From: Paragordius varius
Lineage: Eukaryota > Animalia > Nematomorpha
Reading direction: 5' to 3'
Assembly: GCA_964247055.1 (NCBI GenBank)
Contig: OZ176058.1
Location: 186,001 to 250,000, forward strand
Length of the DNA stretch: 64,000 nt
Of this stretch, positions 14,248-28,185 are shown piece by piece. The notes below the pieces were generated by a model. The model saw only the letters and a program-made list of their open reading frames with translations. It had not been told where the DNA came from and searched no databases. Positions within the stretch are counted from its first letter, which is position 1; every line of letters starts with the position of its first letter. A program made the translations under genes and the position numbers.

Positions 14248-15130
14248 GGACAAAACGTAAAAATATTAAAAATTAGATGTAAATTTATAAAGAGTTATAG
14301 TAAAAATTGATATTTTATGCGGACAAAACGTAAAAATATAAAAAAAATTTCAAAAGACCACCCCATACTTTAAAAAATTTTATTATTTTAAAAAATAAAT
14401 CATTGTTTTGAACTCTAAAGTAGGAAATAGAGATGTAAATTCGTAAATCAATCAACATTTTATATAACAATAAAAAATTATATGATTTTTATAGGAAAAA
14501 TTAAGAATTAAAACGTGTGGTTTTCTTGTCTTTGTAAAAAAATTGTTAATTTTAATTTTTACCATACTTAAATAAAACTCTTTGAATAATATGGTAAAGT
14601 GTGAAATATCGATATATTTTACTAACACAATCAATTATGTATTTTACGATTAAAATCGAATGATTTCATAGAAAAAATTATGGTTTTAAAAAGTATGGGG
14701 TTGTCTTTTAGATAAAAATTTATAAGTATCTTTATATTTTTACGTTTTTTTTCATACTATAATTTCAACTTTGATTGTAAATAGTCTTATATTTTAATCT
14801 AATATTATATTTGTTAATTTCCATATATTTTGGCGGCCTATTTTTAAATAGACTGTAAAATTGAAATTATACGGACAAAACTTGTAAATATATAAAGACA
14901 AATATTTTTATCTAAAAAAAACTAACCCATACTTTTTAAAACCTAAATGTTTCCCATATAAGCTATTTATGAACTTAAGATTGTAAAATAAAGAATTCAT
15001 TGTGTTATTATTATATAAACTATTTCAAAAGTGTGATTTATATTAAATATTTAAAACGTATGTTTTTGAAAAAAAATTTTCTCTTTATAATTTTACGTTT
15101 TTCCCTTACGTATAATTCGCTCAATTTTTA
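13430..15130. mobile_element. Cluster of complete and partial family A copies between the convergent NAGK and RAD23 3' ends
   Basis: Repeated ggacaaaac / gttttgtcc and ccccatac / gtatgggg TIR fragments near 13610-13650, 13830-13890, 14245, 14320-14370, 14690-14760 and 14870-14935. Confidence 0.7.
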
Positions 15131-15865
15131 CTTAAAAAAAGTTTAAAAAATATAAAATATAATAAAAATCGTGTACATTTATTATTCACATCATAATATA
15201 GTTATACAAAGATATATATATATATATATATTAGCATTTATCACATATTAGTTTATTATAAAAAAATAAAATAAAAAATAAAAAACGAAAAAAAAAATGA
15301 AAAATATAAAAAATTTTATATTTAAAAAATAAAAAAACATAATTATATATATATATATATATATTAATTAAAATCGGCAAAAATAATAAATTTATAAGAA
15401 AAAAATAAAATATAAATTAAAAATAACAAATAAAAAATTAAACTTAAGAATTTTAACAAAAACAATAATTTTAATTTTTTAATAAATAACTTTTAAGAGC
15501 TAAAAAAACATTCCATTTTTTTAAATTAAAAATTTTATGTATATTAAATAAAAAACAAAAATCAAAAATTTTTGAATTAATAATCTAAAGAGATATTTTA
15601 AATTTATAAAAAAATTATTTTTTTTACCGACTAAAAAAATTAAAATATTTTTATTAACTTTTTAAAATCCAATTTTTTAAATTGAAAAACAAATTAATAA
15701 TTTTTCAAATTATTTTAATCAAAAACCAAAAAAATCAAAAAAAATCCAATTTTTAATAATTTTACAAAATATCAAATATTTAAAATATTATTTTTTATTC
15801 AATATCCAAATATTTTATAATTTTTTTAAAAAATAAAAAAAGAATTTTAAAATTTTTTAAAAATT

Positions 15866-18800
15866 TTATTCTTCATCAAAATTATTTTGTGTGAGCAAAA
15901 AATTTGCGGCGGCATTTTCATCTTTCTCACAAGCAAAATAAGCTTGAACGACAAGAGCTTCAGGAAATCCCATGGCTTTTAACTAAAAATATAAAAATAA
16001 AAAAAAATTAAAAAATTAAAAAAAAAATATTTTTAATTTTTTTAAATATAATTATTTAAAAATATTCATTTATTTGAAAATATATATATTTAAAATATTA
16101 ATAAAATTTAAAATATAAATAAGTTTAAATATATTAAATTTCAAAAAAATAATTTTTTTAAATTATTTAGAATTATATTTAAAAATGAAAAAATTAAATT
16201 CGAAAAAAATTTAAACTAAAAATAAATATTAAAAATATAATATATTAAATATCAAAAAAAAAATTTATAATAAAAAAATATTTTAAAAAATAGGCTTGGA
16301 CTACAAGAGCTTCGGGAAATCCCATGGCCTTTAACTAAAAAAAATTAAAAAAATAATAAAATTTAAAAAAAATATTTTTTATAAAAGCCTAATTATATAA
16401 TATTTTAAATTTTTTTTACTAATTTAAAAAATAAATTTTTTAAAATATATATAGAATATTTTAATTTTTTATAAAAATTAATAAAAAAAAATTAAAAATT
16501 TCATATAATCTTGTTAAAATAAATCTAAAAAATATTAGATATTTATTTTTAAATATAATTTAAAATATTAAGAATAGATTAAAAAAATAAGTAATTATTT
16601 TAGAAAATATAACACAATTTTTAATATTTATATTTTTAAATATTTATGTTTAATGAAATATTTATAAATAAAATATTATTTTAAATTTTAATTTTTAAAA
16701 ATTAAAATAAAAAATTTAAATTTAAATTTGAAATATTTAATTAAAAATGTTTATTTTAAAAAAAATTATTAATTTTCAAATGCTAAAATTAAAAAAAAAT
16801 GAAAAATTTACTTAAAAATATATATAGTATTTCAAAAATTTTAACTGTTTCTTTAAAAATATGATAATTTAAAAAGAAATTATTTAAAATATTTAAATAA
16901 AAATATTTAATATTTTTAATTATTAAAAATAAATATTAAAATAAATTAATTATTTTAAAAAATGTAATAATTTTTGAATATTTTTTTTAAAAAAATTTTT
17001 ATTTAATATTTTAAATAATTTAATAAAAATATTAAAATTTAAAATATTTAATTAAAAATATTTATTTTAATAATTTAATATTTTTAATTTAATTTAAAAA
17101 ATAATTTTAAATTAAATTAAAAAAATATTAATTTAAAAATTATTTTAAATTAAAATTAAATTTATTAAACTCTTTCAATAGCTTCCTTTTCTTGTACAGT
17201 TATTCGAATTGTGTTGGGGGGTGCAACTTGGGTATTTCCCAACCCTGTTTTAAAATAAAAATTAAAAAAAAATATTTTAAAATATATAAATATATTAATA
17301 TATTAAAAGATCAAAAAATACAATATAAAAAAATATCAATAATTTAAAAATATTAATATGAATTATATTATTCGAAAAATATATGAATATTTAAATAAAA
17401 TATTTACAAAATTGTTATTAATAAATCGAGAAAATTAAATTTTTATAAAATTAGATTTATATAATTTGTAAAATATTAATTAAAAAAAATTAATCAAAAA
17501 ATAATTGAAATTAACAAAAATAAATATATTAATATTTTAATTAATTAACTTTTAATATATATAATTGTTAAATATATTAAAAATATTAAAATTAACAAAA
17601 ATAAATAACATATATTTATAATTAATTAAATTTTAAATATTATATCTTTAAAAAAAATTTATATCATAATAAAAAATAATTTAAATTATATTAATTTTTA
17701 AAATTAATTAAATTTTAAAAAAAATATTAAAAATTATATTATTCCAAAAATATATTAATATATTAATAAAAATATAAATATATAAAATTAAAAAAAAGAG
17801 ATATATATATAAAAATATTAATATTAATAATAAATAAAAAAATAAAATATTTTAAAGAATTTTCTTTCTAAAAATTATATATAATTATTAAATAAATTAG
17901 TTTATATATGATTTTTAAAATATTAAATAAAAAATATAAGATATATTACTATAGTAAAATAATCAAAAAAAATATTTTTAAAAAATTTGAATATATTAAA
18001 ATAATTTAAAATTAAAGATAAAAATTAAATAAATTACTAAAAAAATGAAAATAATATATTATTGAAAATGATTATTTAAAAATAATTATATAAAAAAAAA
18101 TATTAAATATTTTTAAAAAATTAAAATAGTTTAAAAACCAGCTGATTGGGGTGTCACGTGTCCAGGATCGGAAGAATCGGTGCCACTTTCGATTGGTTCA
18201 TTCAACATTTGAATAAATCTCTCTTGATTTTCTGTAATTCTCTGTACACAAAAAATATCAAAAAAAATTTAAATGAAAAATATACAATTTCAAAACGATT
18301 ATTAATATAGTTATAATATACACTCTTAGCTTTTCAAAAAACAATTTATTAAAATATTATCAAAGTTGATTTTTTTAATTTTATTATTACTAAAACAGCT
18401 GTTTATTATAAAGTAATTCAGGGGTCCGAGCGCTCAGCTGTTAGCTGTCCAAAATTTATATTGAAAAACTTTTAAAGGAGTAAAATATATCATATGGTTT
18501 AGATTCTCAATATATTTAAATTTGAGGTTTAACAAAAAACAGCTGTTGTCCTTACTTGAAGTAGTTCAGGGTTCTGAGCGCCCAACTGTTGAATAAACAG
18601 TTGTGAAAAATATAAATATTGAAAAACTTTTAAAAATAGTTATTATCAAATTATATTATGTTTATTTTTCATATTCTCTTTATATATATAATATGCTGTA
18701 CTTGAGCGCCCAGTTGTTGAATAAACAGCTGTAAGAAATTTTTAATAAAAAACTTTAAAAATTAAAATACCTCCCAATATAATCGGTAATAATATCAATT

Positions 18801-21800
18801 TTATTTACAAATTATACAGCTGTTTGAGTTTTGACAATATGTTAATGTATAAATACAACAGTTTTATTTCCCTCTCTAATAATGCTTTTAGAAACAGCTG
18901 TTTATCACAAATATTTGAGTATTCTAAACCCCAAAACCAATTAATATAATATAAATTCGAAATTATATGAATATTAAATATTAAAATATTTATAAAACAG
19001 CTGTTGACCTTACTTGAGGTTGTGGAATAAACAGAAAATAAATTTTATATATATTTTTTTTAAAAAATGGATTTTCACAAAAAACAGCTGTTTTGACCTT
19101 ACTTGAAGTAATTCGGGGTTCTGAGCGCCCAGCTGTTGAATAAACAGCTGTAGCAGATTTGGATTGCTTTGAACCAATTCTCGCATTTGGCGGAATTGAG
19201 GGAGTTGCCGTAAAAAACCCAAAGGATCTACAACATATGGTCGAAAACATATGATTGGAAACATATGTTATGATTAATGCATATGTTAATATGATTAAAA
19301 ATACGGTTAAACCATATGTTAAACATATGATTGGGAACATGTGTTTATTAGAAACAAAAAGATTTTTAGTGAATTAAACTGCCTTAAGATCAATTATTGG
19401 ATTGTTCAAAAAAAACATATGATTAATATATAACGTATTATAAAATAGGCAGGTTTGTCATCTTTATTTAATTTGGTGTAAAAAGAAATATGAACAATTT
19501 AAATATTTTTAGTCTAGAGAGAAAATAAACACGTGATTCAAACATACATTCATTCATTCAGAAGTCCTTTCAGTAATTTTGATTCAATTCCAACATATTT
19601 AATTTAAAAAAATAATAAACATTTAATAAGTTATTTTAAAAAATGTTATAAATAAACAAATTGAATTAATAATATAAATTCAGTGTTTAATTTTTTAAAC
19701 AGCTGATTTAGGTAATTTAATTAAACAGATTAAAAATAAATTATTTTTTAATGTAAATCAGCTGTTTTATTTTTTAAAAAAACAGCTGATTTAAAGAAAA
19801 AAATGTATAAACCACTTTTAATATCATCTACTGGCTTTTTCCAAATTAATTTAATAATGGTTATTTATTTAATAAACATACAAAATATATTTTATTATAT
19901 ATAAGCTATTTTTTTAATATCAGCTGATTTAAAAAAAACAACTTTCCATCTTATCTATATCATTAAACTTAACAAAGGTTATGTAATTATTAAACATTCA
20001 AAATATTTTTTAAATAAATAATCAATTATTTTTTAAATTATATATCATAAACAGCTGTTTTCTATTTTTTTGATAAACAGCTGATTTATAAATATATAAC
20101 AACTTTCAATATCATCTACTGGTTCTTTAATATTAATATAACAAAACCTATATAATTTTATAAAACATTAAAAAATCAATTGATTCAAAGATAAATTCAA
20201 ATAAAATCAGCTGTTTAACATAAAATCAGCTTTGATTCAAAAATATAATTTTAAACTCTTACAGATTAATAAAAAATCAATTATTTTATAAAAATATCAG
20301 CTGTTTTTTTATTTTTAAAGATAATCAGTTGATTTATTTAAAATTTTAAACCACTTTCTATATCAGCTGTTTTATCTCAAAAATCAGCTGATTTAAAAAA
20401 CGATTTTAAAAAAACTCAAACCAGTTTCAATATCATCTACTGGTTCTTTAAAATTTATTTAATAATGGTTATTTAATTTTAAAACATTATCAGATTAATG
20501 TAAAAATCAATTATTTTTTCAATGTAAGTCAGCCGTTTTTATTTTTTAGATCAGCTGATTTAAACGATTTTTTAAAATTTTAAACCAGTTTCTACATCAT
20601 CTACTGGATCTTTAAAAATTTAACAGATTAATGAAAAAATTATTTTTAAATGTAAATCAGCTGTTTTTATTTTTTTAAAAAATGAGCTGATTTAAGTAAT
20701 TTAAAATACATTACCAGATTAATAAAAAATAAAGTATTTTTAAATAAAAATCAACAGTTTTTATTTTTTTAATATAATCAGCTGTTTTAAATTTTTGAAA
20801 AAATCAGCTGATTTTTTAAATTTTTCAAACCAGTTTCTACATCATCTGGTTCTTTAAAATTAATTTAATAATTATATTATAACCAACATTCAAAATATTT
20901 TTAATAATCAGCTGTTTTTAATTTTTGAAAAAAACAGCTGATAAATGAATTTTCCAAACCAGTTTCTACATCATCTACTGTCTCGTCTTCATGTTCATCC
21001 CCAGAAGCTATTTGAGATGTGGGTTCGCCTTCTTGGCCTTCAGTCGTCAGCTGTTGTGATTGCATATCAGCTGATGTCTGAGTCGCCGCCAAAGAGTCCA
21101 CGAGGGATGGTGGAATTCCCTACGTAAAAATTTAATTTTAATTTGTATTTATTATATTAGATTTCATAATTAAATGAATATTAAACAATTTTATATATAT
21201 ATAATAAAAAAAATATTCAAAAATGAATTTTATTTTGTATTTGTTGTCAAACGACAAATTAAAGCAAATCAGCTGATGTTTATATCGTTCCACGAAGGAT
21301 GGTGGAATTTCCTGTTAAAAAGATTTTTTACTTTAGTAAAGAATAATTGATTTCAATTTATTTAAAAAATTAAAGCAAATCAGCTGATGTCTGAGTCGCC
21401 GCCAAAGATTCCACGAGGGATGGTGGAATTCCCTAAGTAAAAATTTAAAAAATTTGATAAATTAAATTTTTTTAAAGTATTCGTGTTATATACCATTTAC
21501 AATTCAAATTCACCCTTGAACAATTCAAATTCACCCTCAAATAAATAACATGTTTTTTAAGATTAAACCAATATTTTTATATATTTTAAAAAATAAAAAT
21601 TTTGTTTTAAATTAAAATAATACTGAAAAAAGAAACTACAACATAAATATATATTTCATATTAAAAAAGAGTTAGTTCAAAAATACATAATTTATTTTTA
21701 GGGTGAATTTGAATTGTAAATGGTATATAATATAACTTTAAACAATGAAAATCAGCTGATTTCTAAGTCCGTAAATTCTTAAAAAGAATTATTAAAATAA

Positions 21801-24800
21801 GAATTTTTATAAATTCTAATTGGATTTCAAAATATTTATAAATTAAAGCAAATCAGTTGATGTCTGAGTCGCCGCCAAAGATTCCACGAGGGATGGTGGG
21901 ATTCCCTTATTTTATATTGAGAAAAAAAATATGAGTTTATTTATAGCAAATTTATATAAAAATAAAATTTATATACAAAATAAAAATATTGAAAAATAAT
22001 TGGCATTTGTTAATATAAATGAAAACAACTGATGTTTGAGTCCATGTAATTCTTTTAAATAAATCAATAAATAATGAAATTAATTTATTCAATATTATAT
22101 TAATCTAATTCAGTTCTACAAAATATTTAAAATTAAAGCAATTCAGGTGATGTCTAAGTCGCCGCCAAAAAATATAAAAATTAAACATTTTTATAGATAC
22201 TCACATTAATTTCAAATACTTTTATAGATACTTACACTAATTTCTCAACTTAATTTTATAGATACTTACAGTAACCAAGTATTTCAATTTCATACATATT
22301 TTCATAAATTTTATAGTTATTAACATTTAATTTTATAGATAGTTACATAATTTCAAAACAATTTTATAGATAGTTACATTATTTTCAAATCAATTTATAG
22401 ATATTTACAGTAACAAATTAAAAACATTAAAAAAGTTTTATTTTATAGATGGTTACATTAATTTCAAAATTTTATAAATACTCACATTAATTTCAAGTTA
22501 TAAATACTTACAGTAACCAAGTATTCAACATTTAGATATTTTTTTTTAATTTTATAGATACTCACATCAAATTTATATATAGTTACACAAAATAAAACAA
22601 TTTTATAGATACTTACAGTAACCAAGACAACATTTAGATAATTTTTTTAATAGATAGATACATAATATTATAGTTATTAACATAAATTTTATAGATACTC
22701 ACATAAATTTCCAAATTTTATAGATACTTACACTAATTTCAAAACTTAATTTTAGATACTTACAGTAACCAAGTATTCAACATTTGGATAATTTTTTTCA
22801 ATTTTATAGTTATTAACAAAATTCACATTAATTAAAAAAACTTTTTATAGTTATTAACATAAATTTTATAGATAATTAAGATATTTAAAAACGACTTTTT
22901 ATGGATAATCACACTAATTTCAAATTTCATAGATAGTTACACAGGTTTTATAGTTAACATAAATTTATAGTTATTCACATTAATTTCGAAAAACTTAATT
23001 TTATGAATACTTACAGTAACCAAGTATTCAACATTTAGATATAAATTTTATTGATAGTTATATTATAGATACTCACATAAATTTTATAGATTAACATAAA
23101 TTTTATAGATACTTACAGTAATTTCAAAACTTAATTTAAGTTATTAACACAATTTCAAAAATAGTTACACAAATTCATAGATAGTTACATTAATTTCAAA
23201 CTTTTATAGTTATTAACATAAATTGATTCTTACATTGATTTTATAGATAGTTACATAAATTTTATAGATACTTACAGTAACCAAGTATTCAACATTTAAA
23301 TATTTTTTTTCAAATTTATAGATAGTTTCATAAATTTCATAGATAGTTACATTAATTTCAAACTTTATAGATAATTACATTAATTTCAAACTTTTATAGT
23401 TATTAACATAAATTTTATAGATAGTTACATTAACATAAATTTTATAGATACTTACAGTAACCAAGTATTCAACATTTAGATAATTTTTTTAATAGATAGA
23501 TACACAATATTATAGTTATTAACATAAATTTTATAGATACTAACATAAATTTCCAAATTTTATAGATACTTACACTAGTTTCAAAACTTAATTTTATAGA
23601 TATTCACAATAATTTCAAAACTTAATTTTAAACTTTTATAGATAGTTACATTAATTTTATAGATAGTTACATAAATTTTATAGATACTTACATTAATTTC
23701 AAAATTTTATAGATACTTACAGTAACCAAGTATTCAACTGCCCGGTCAGGGTTATTGAAAGAAGCCCTGAGCGCCAATTTAACTTGATCAGCTGTGAAAC
23801 CCATGGAGGTTAGGTTCCTCGTTACTTTTTCAAGTTCGGTTTCCGATAATATAATGTCAGCTGATGTGGTACTTCCGGTATCAGATGTTGCAATATCAGC
23901 TGTTTGTGAAAAAAAATTTTTTAGAAACTTTTTTATAAAATAATTATCATAAGTATTGTTTTAATTAAAATAATTTAGTATATAATAATAAAAGAAATAT
24001 TAATATCAAAAAATATAATTTTTATTTTAAAATTTATGATAAAAGAAAATTGAATATAATTAAATATTCTAAAAAATTTATAAAAATCAAGAATTAAGAA
24101 ATTATAATTAATAAAAAAATTTTTTTACTAAAAAATTTAATTATTTTAAAAGCTAAAATATTATAAAAAAATATAAATTAAAAATAATTTAAAAACTAAA
24201 TAAAATTAAATAATAAAAATATATTTAACTAATAAAAAAAATGAATAATTGGAATTTCGAAAAAAATAAAAATAAATTCGCAAACCTGCATTTTTTGTAG
24301 AAGAACTTGCAGTTGATTTATCAGCTGATGTGGATTTATCATTTTTTGGATTGGGTTTATCGTTTCTAAACATTTTAAATAAAATCATTTTATTTTTATA
24401 TTTAAAAAATTTTTAAATATTAATTTATAAAAAATAATTTGAAATATAAATTTGAAATTTAATTATAAATTGAAAAATAATAATATTTTATATAAAAAAA
24501 ATAGATTTTAAATAAGTTATTCATAAAAATATTGATTTGGAATTTAATGTTTTATTAAAAAATAAAAATTTATATAATATATAAATATATGATAAATTAT
24601 CTAATTCAAGTAAATATTTAAATAAATTAATAAATAATTATTTTTAAATATCAAAAATTATTGTATTTGTAAAATCTTAATAAATCTTTTTTTAAAAAAA
24701 TATATATAAATTTAAAAAATTCAGCATAACTTTGCTGATCAGCTGTTTTATTAAATTTACGCAAATAAAAATTAAATACTAATTAAATATAATAAAAAAA

Positions 24801-25465
24801 TAATAAATTTAAAACTTTAAAATATATAATTAATTAAAAAAAAAGGTTCAATTTCATAAAATTTATTTATTATAAATATTCATTTTCAATTCAATTCAAA
24901 TTCAAACTTTTTCTGATCAGCTGTTTCAGTGTCAGCTGTTTGTTGCACTTTTTTGGGTTCGGTCCCGACAAGATCAGCTGATGTTGTTTTTTCAGCAGAC
25001 GAAATTATTTTTGGCGGTTTACTAACTATGATTACTAGGAAACCATTTTCATCAATTTTATATTCTTCAAGAGTGACGTCATCTTTTAAAACTTTACCTG
25101 TTTAAAAAAAATATTTTTTATAAAAAAAATATTTTGCAAATAATTTAAATATAATTTTTATATTTAATTATTTAAATTTATATATATATAAATATATATA
25201 CATATAATAATAAAAAAATTAATAAAAATATTTTTGAAAAATCAAAAAAAATTTAAAAAAATTTTTAAATAATTTAAATTTTAAATTAAAAATTATTTAA
25301 AATTATAAATTAATAAATATATATAAAAAATAAATAAAATAAATTTTCATCAATTTTATATTCTTCAAGAGTGACGTCATCTTTCAAAACTTTACCTGTA
25401 AAAATTTTTTTAAAATAAAATAAAAAAATTTTTTTTAAAAATTAAAATATATAATTTTTATATAA

Positions 25466-25499
<34 letters not shown>

Positions 25500-25853
25500 T
25501 TATATATATAATTACCAAAAATATTTTTGTAAAAAAATATAATTTTTTAAAATAAAATTAATAAAATTTTAAAAAATTATTTTAAATTATTCTAAATTGT
25601 TTTTTTTTTAATTATTTTATTTTTTTAAAATATAAATATGTATAATATATTAAAATATAAAAATAATGATATTAAAATATATAAATATTAATAAATAAAT
25701 ATATATAAAAAAAATAAAATATATTTTTATAAATCTTATATTCTGACAGAGTGACGTCATCTTTTAAAACTTTACCTGTCAAAATAAATTTATAAAATTT
25801 TAATTTTAAAAATTAAAAAAATTTTAAAATAAATATATATATATATATATATT

Positions 25854-25891
<38 letters not shown>

Positions 25892-26433
25892 AATTATTTA
25901 ATTTCTAAATATTTTTGTGAAAAATAAAAAATTTAAAAAAATATTTATTAAAATTTTTAATATTTTAAAAAAATATTAATATTTATATTTAAAAATAGTT
26001 ATATATAATTTAAAATAAAAAAATAAATTAATAATTCAAAATTTAAAATAATTTTTATAAAAAAATTTAAAAAAGTCAAATATTGCAAAATTATTTTTTA
26101 AAATTAAAAAAAATATATTCGGACAAGGTGACGTCATCTTTTAAAACTTTACCTGTTTAAAAAAAATTAAAAATAAAATTTTAATAAATTTTATTTTTAA
26201 AAATATTAATTTAAAATTTATTAAAATTAAAATAAATAAATTATAAATTGATGAAAAATAATTTAAAAAAGTTAAAAATTGGAAATATCTAAAAATATTT
26301 ATTAAAAAAATTAAAAAAAAAATTTATATTCTGACAGGGTGACGTCATCTTTCAAAACTTTACCTGGTTAAAAAAAAATTTTAAAATATTTATTTTAAAT
26401 TTTTTAATTTTAAACAAAAAAAATATTATTAAA

Positions 26434-26473
<40 letters not shown>

Positions 26474-28138
26474 ATTTTAAAAATTTCTAAATTTCTAAAT
26501 ATTTTTGTGACAAACAAAAAAATTTAAAAAAAAATATTTATTATAATTTTTTAAAATTTCAAATAAATTTTATTTTTATTAATATTTATATTTAGAAATA
26601 GTTATATATAATTTAATTTTTATAAATATATTATATATAGTTTTATAATTTATAAAAAATTAAAAAAAATCTTATATTCTGACAGGGTGAACGTCATCTT
26701 TCAAAACTTTACCTGTAAAAAAATATTTTTATATTAAAATTTAAATTTTTTTTAAAAATATTAAAAAAAAATTAAAAAAAAATTAAAAAAATATTATTAA
26801 ATTAATTATTATATATATATATATCTATTTTATAAATACTAAATATTCTTGTGACAAACAAAAAAATTAAAAAAAATCTTATATTCTGACAAGGTGACGT
26901 CATCTTTTATAACTTTACCTGCAAAAAAATTAAAAATAAAAAATATTTTTAATTAATTAAATTTTAATTTTAAAAATAAAAATATTAATAAATATATTTA
27001 TATTTAAAAATATTTTTAAAAATATTTAAAAAATTATTAAACATAATGTTAAATTTTTATCATATCTTATATTCTGCCAGGGTTAGGTCGTCTTTTAAAT
27101 TTTACCAGTTTAAAAAAATTAAATAAAAATTTAATTATAAATTGTTTTAAAAAGAAATATTTTTATTAATTTTTTAAAATATAAAAATTAATCAAAAATA
27201 AATGAAAATATATTTAAAATATCATAATTTATTAAAAAAATAAATTAATTATTCAATATTAAAAATTATTTAAAAAATATAATAAATTTTAAATAAAAAA
27301 ACATATTTTAAATCATAAATAATTATTTTAAATATAAATTAAAAAATAAAAATTATTCGATAAAAATATTAATATATTTTTGGCTCTAAATGCGATCTAA
27401 TAAAAAAGTTGAAAATTAATAAAAAACATTTGTTTAATATTTAAATGAAAAATATGATTTTTTATAAAATTTATAAAATATAAATATTTTAAAAATATAA
27501 TAAAAATGTAAATAAGATTGTTTTATAATTTCAATAAAATAATAAAATATAATTTTTTAGTTTTATATTTTTTATAAATAAAATTTCCTAATTATTATTG
27601 TAATTTTAATAAATTTTAAATTTATAATTTTATAAAACTTATTAATTTTATATTTATAATATTATATAAATTTTGTTAAATTATTTTTTAAAAAATTATA
27701 TAAAATTTAAAAACAAAGTTTTTTAAATATTTTTATTTTTAAAATATATTATAAATATAATTTTCGATTTTAAATTAATTTTATTCTTAATTTTATATAT
27801 TCTTAAAAATAATAGCAAATTTAAATTTAATTGTTTCAATAAATTCATTTTTTAATATAAATTTATATTATTAAATTTAATTTTTAATTTTTAAATAATA
27901 TTTTTAGTAATTTGTTTTTATATTTTATAATTATAAATTTAAAAAATTTATATTTATAAAATTATAAAATTTAATTTTTTAAAAAACTTATTTTTATAAA
28001 ATTACAAAATGTATTTTTAAAAAAAAAACTTTATAAAATTTATTTAATTTTCATATAGTTTTTTAATTTTAAATATATTTTTAAAATCTTTATTTAATAA
28101 TTTTTAAATATATTAGCTAGCTAAATTTTTTGTTTATT

Positions 28139-28185
<47 letters not shown>

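Noticed and set aside
18990-21127. ORFs 18990-19340, 19010-19264, 20901-21101 and 20945-21127 as separate genes
   Set aside because: They are RAD23 exons 6 and 7 read through into introns, or alternative-frame and antisense shadows.
18580-22035. CAGTTG/CAACTG variants as proof of methylation of the central C of CAGCTG
   Set aside because: Transversion variants (CAGATG, CACCTG, CAGGTG) also occur and a general AT mutation bias explains the pattern; not supportable without modification data.
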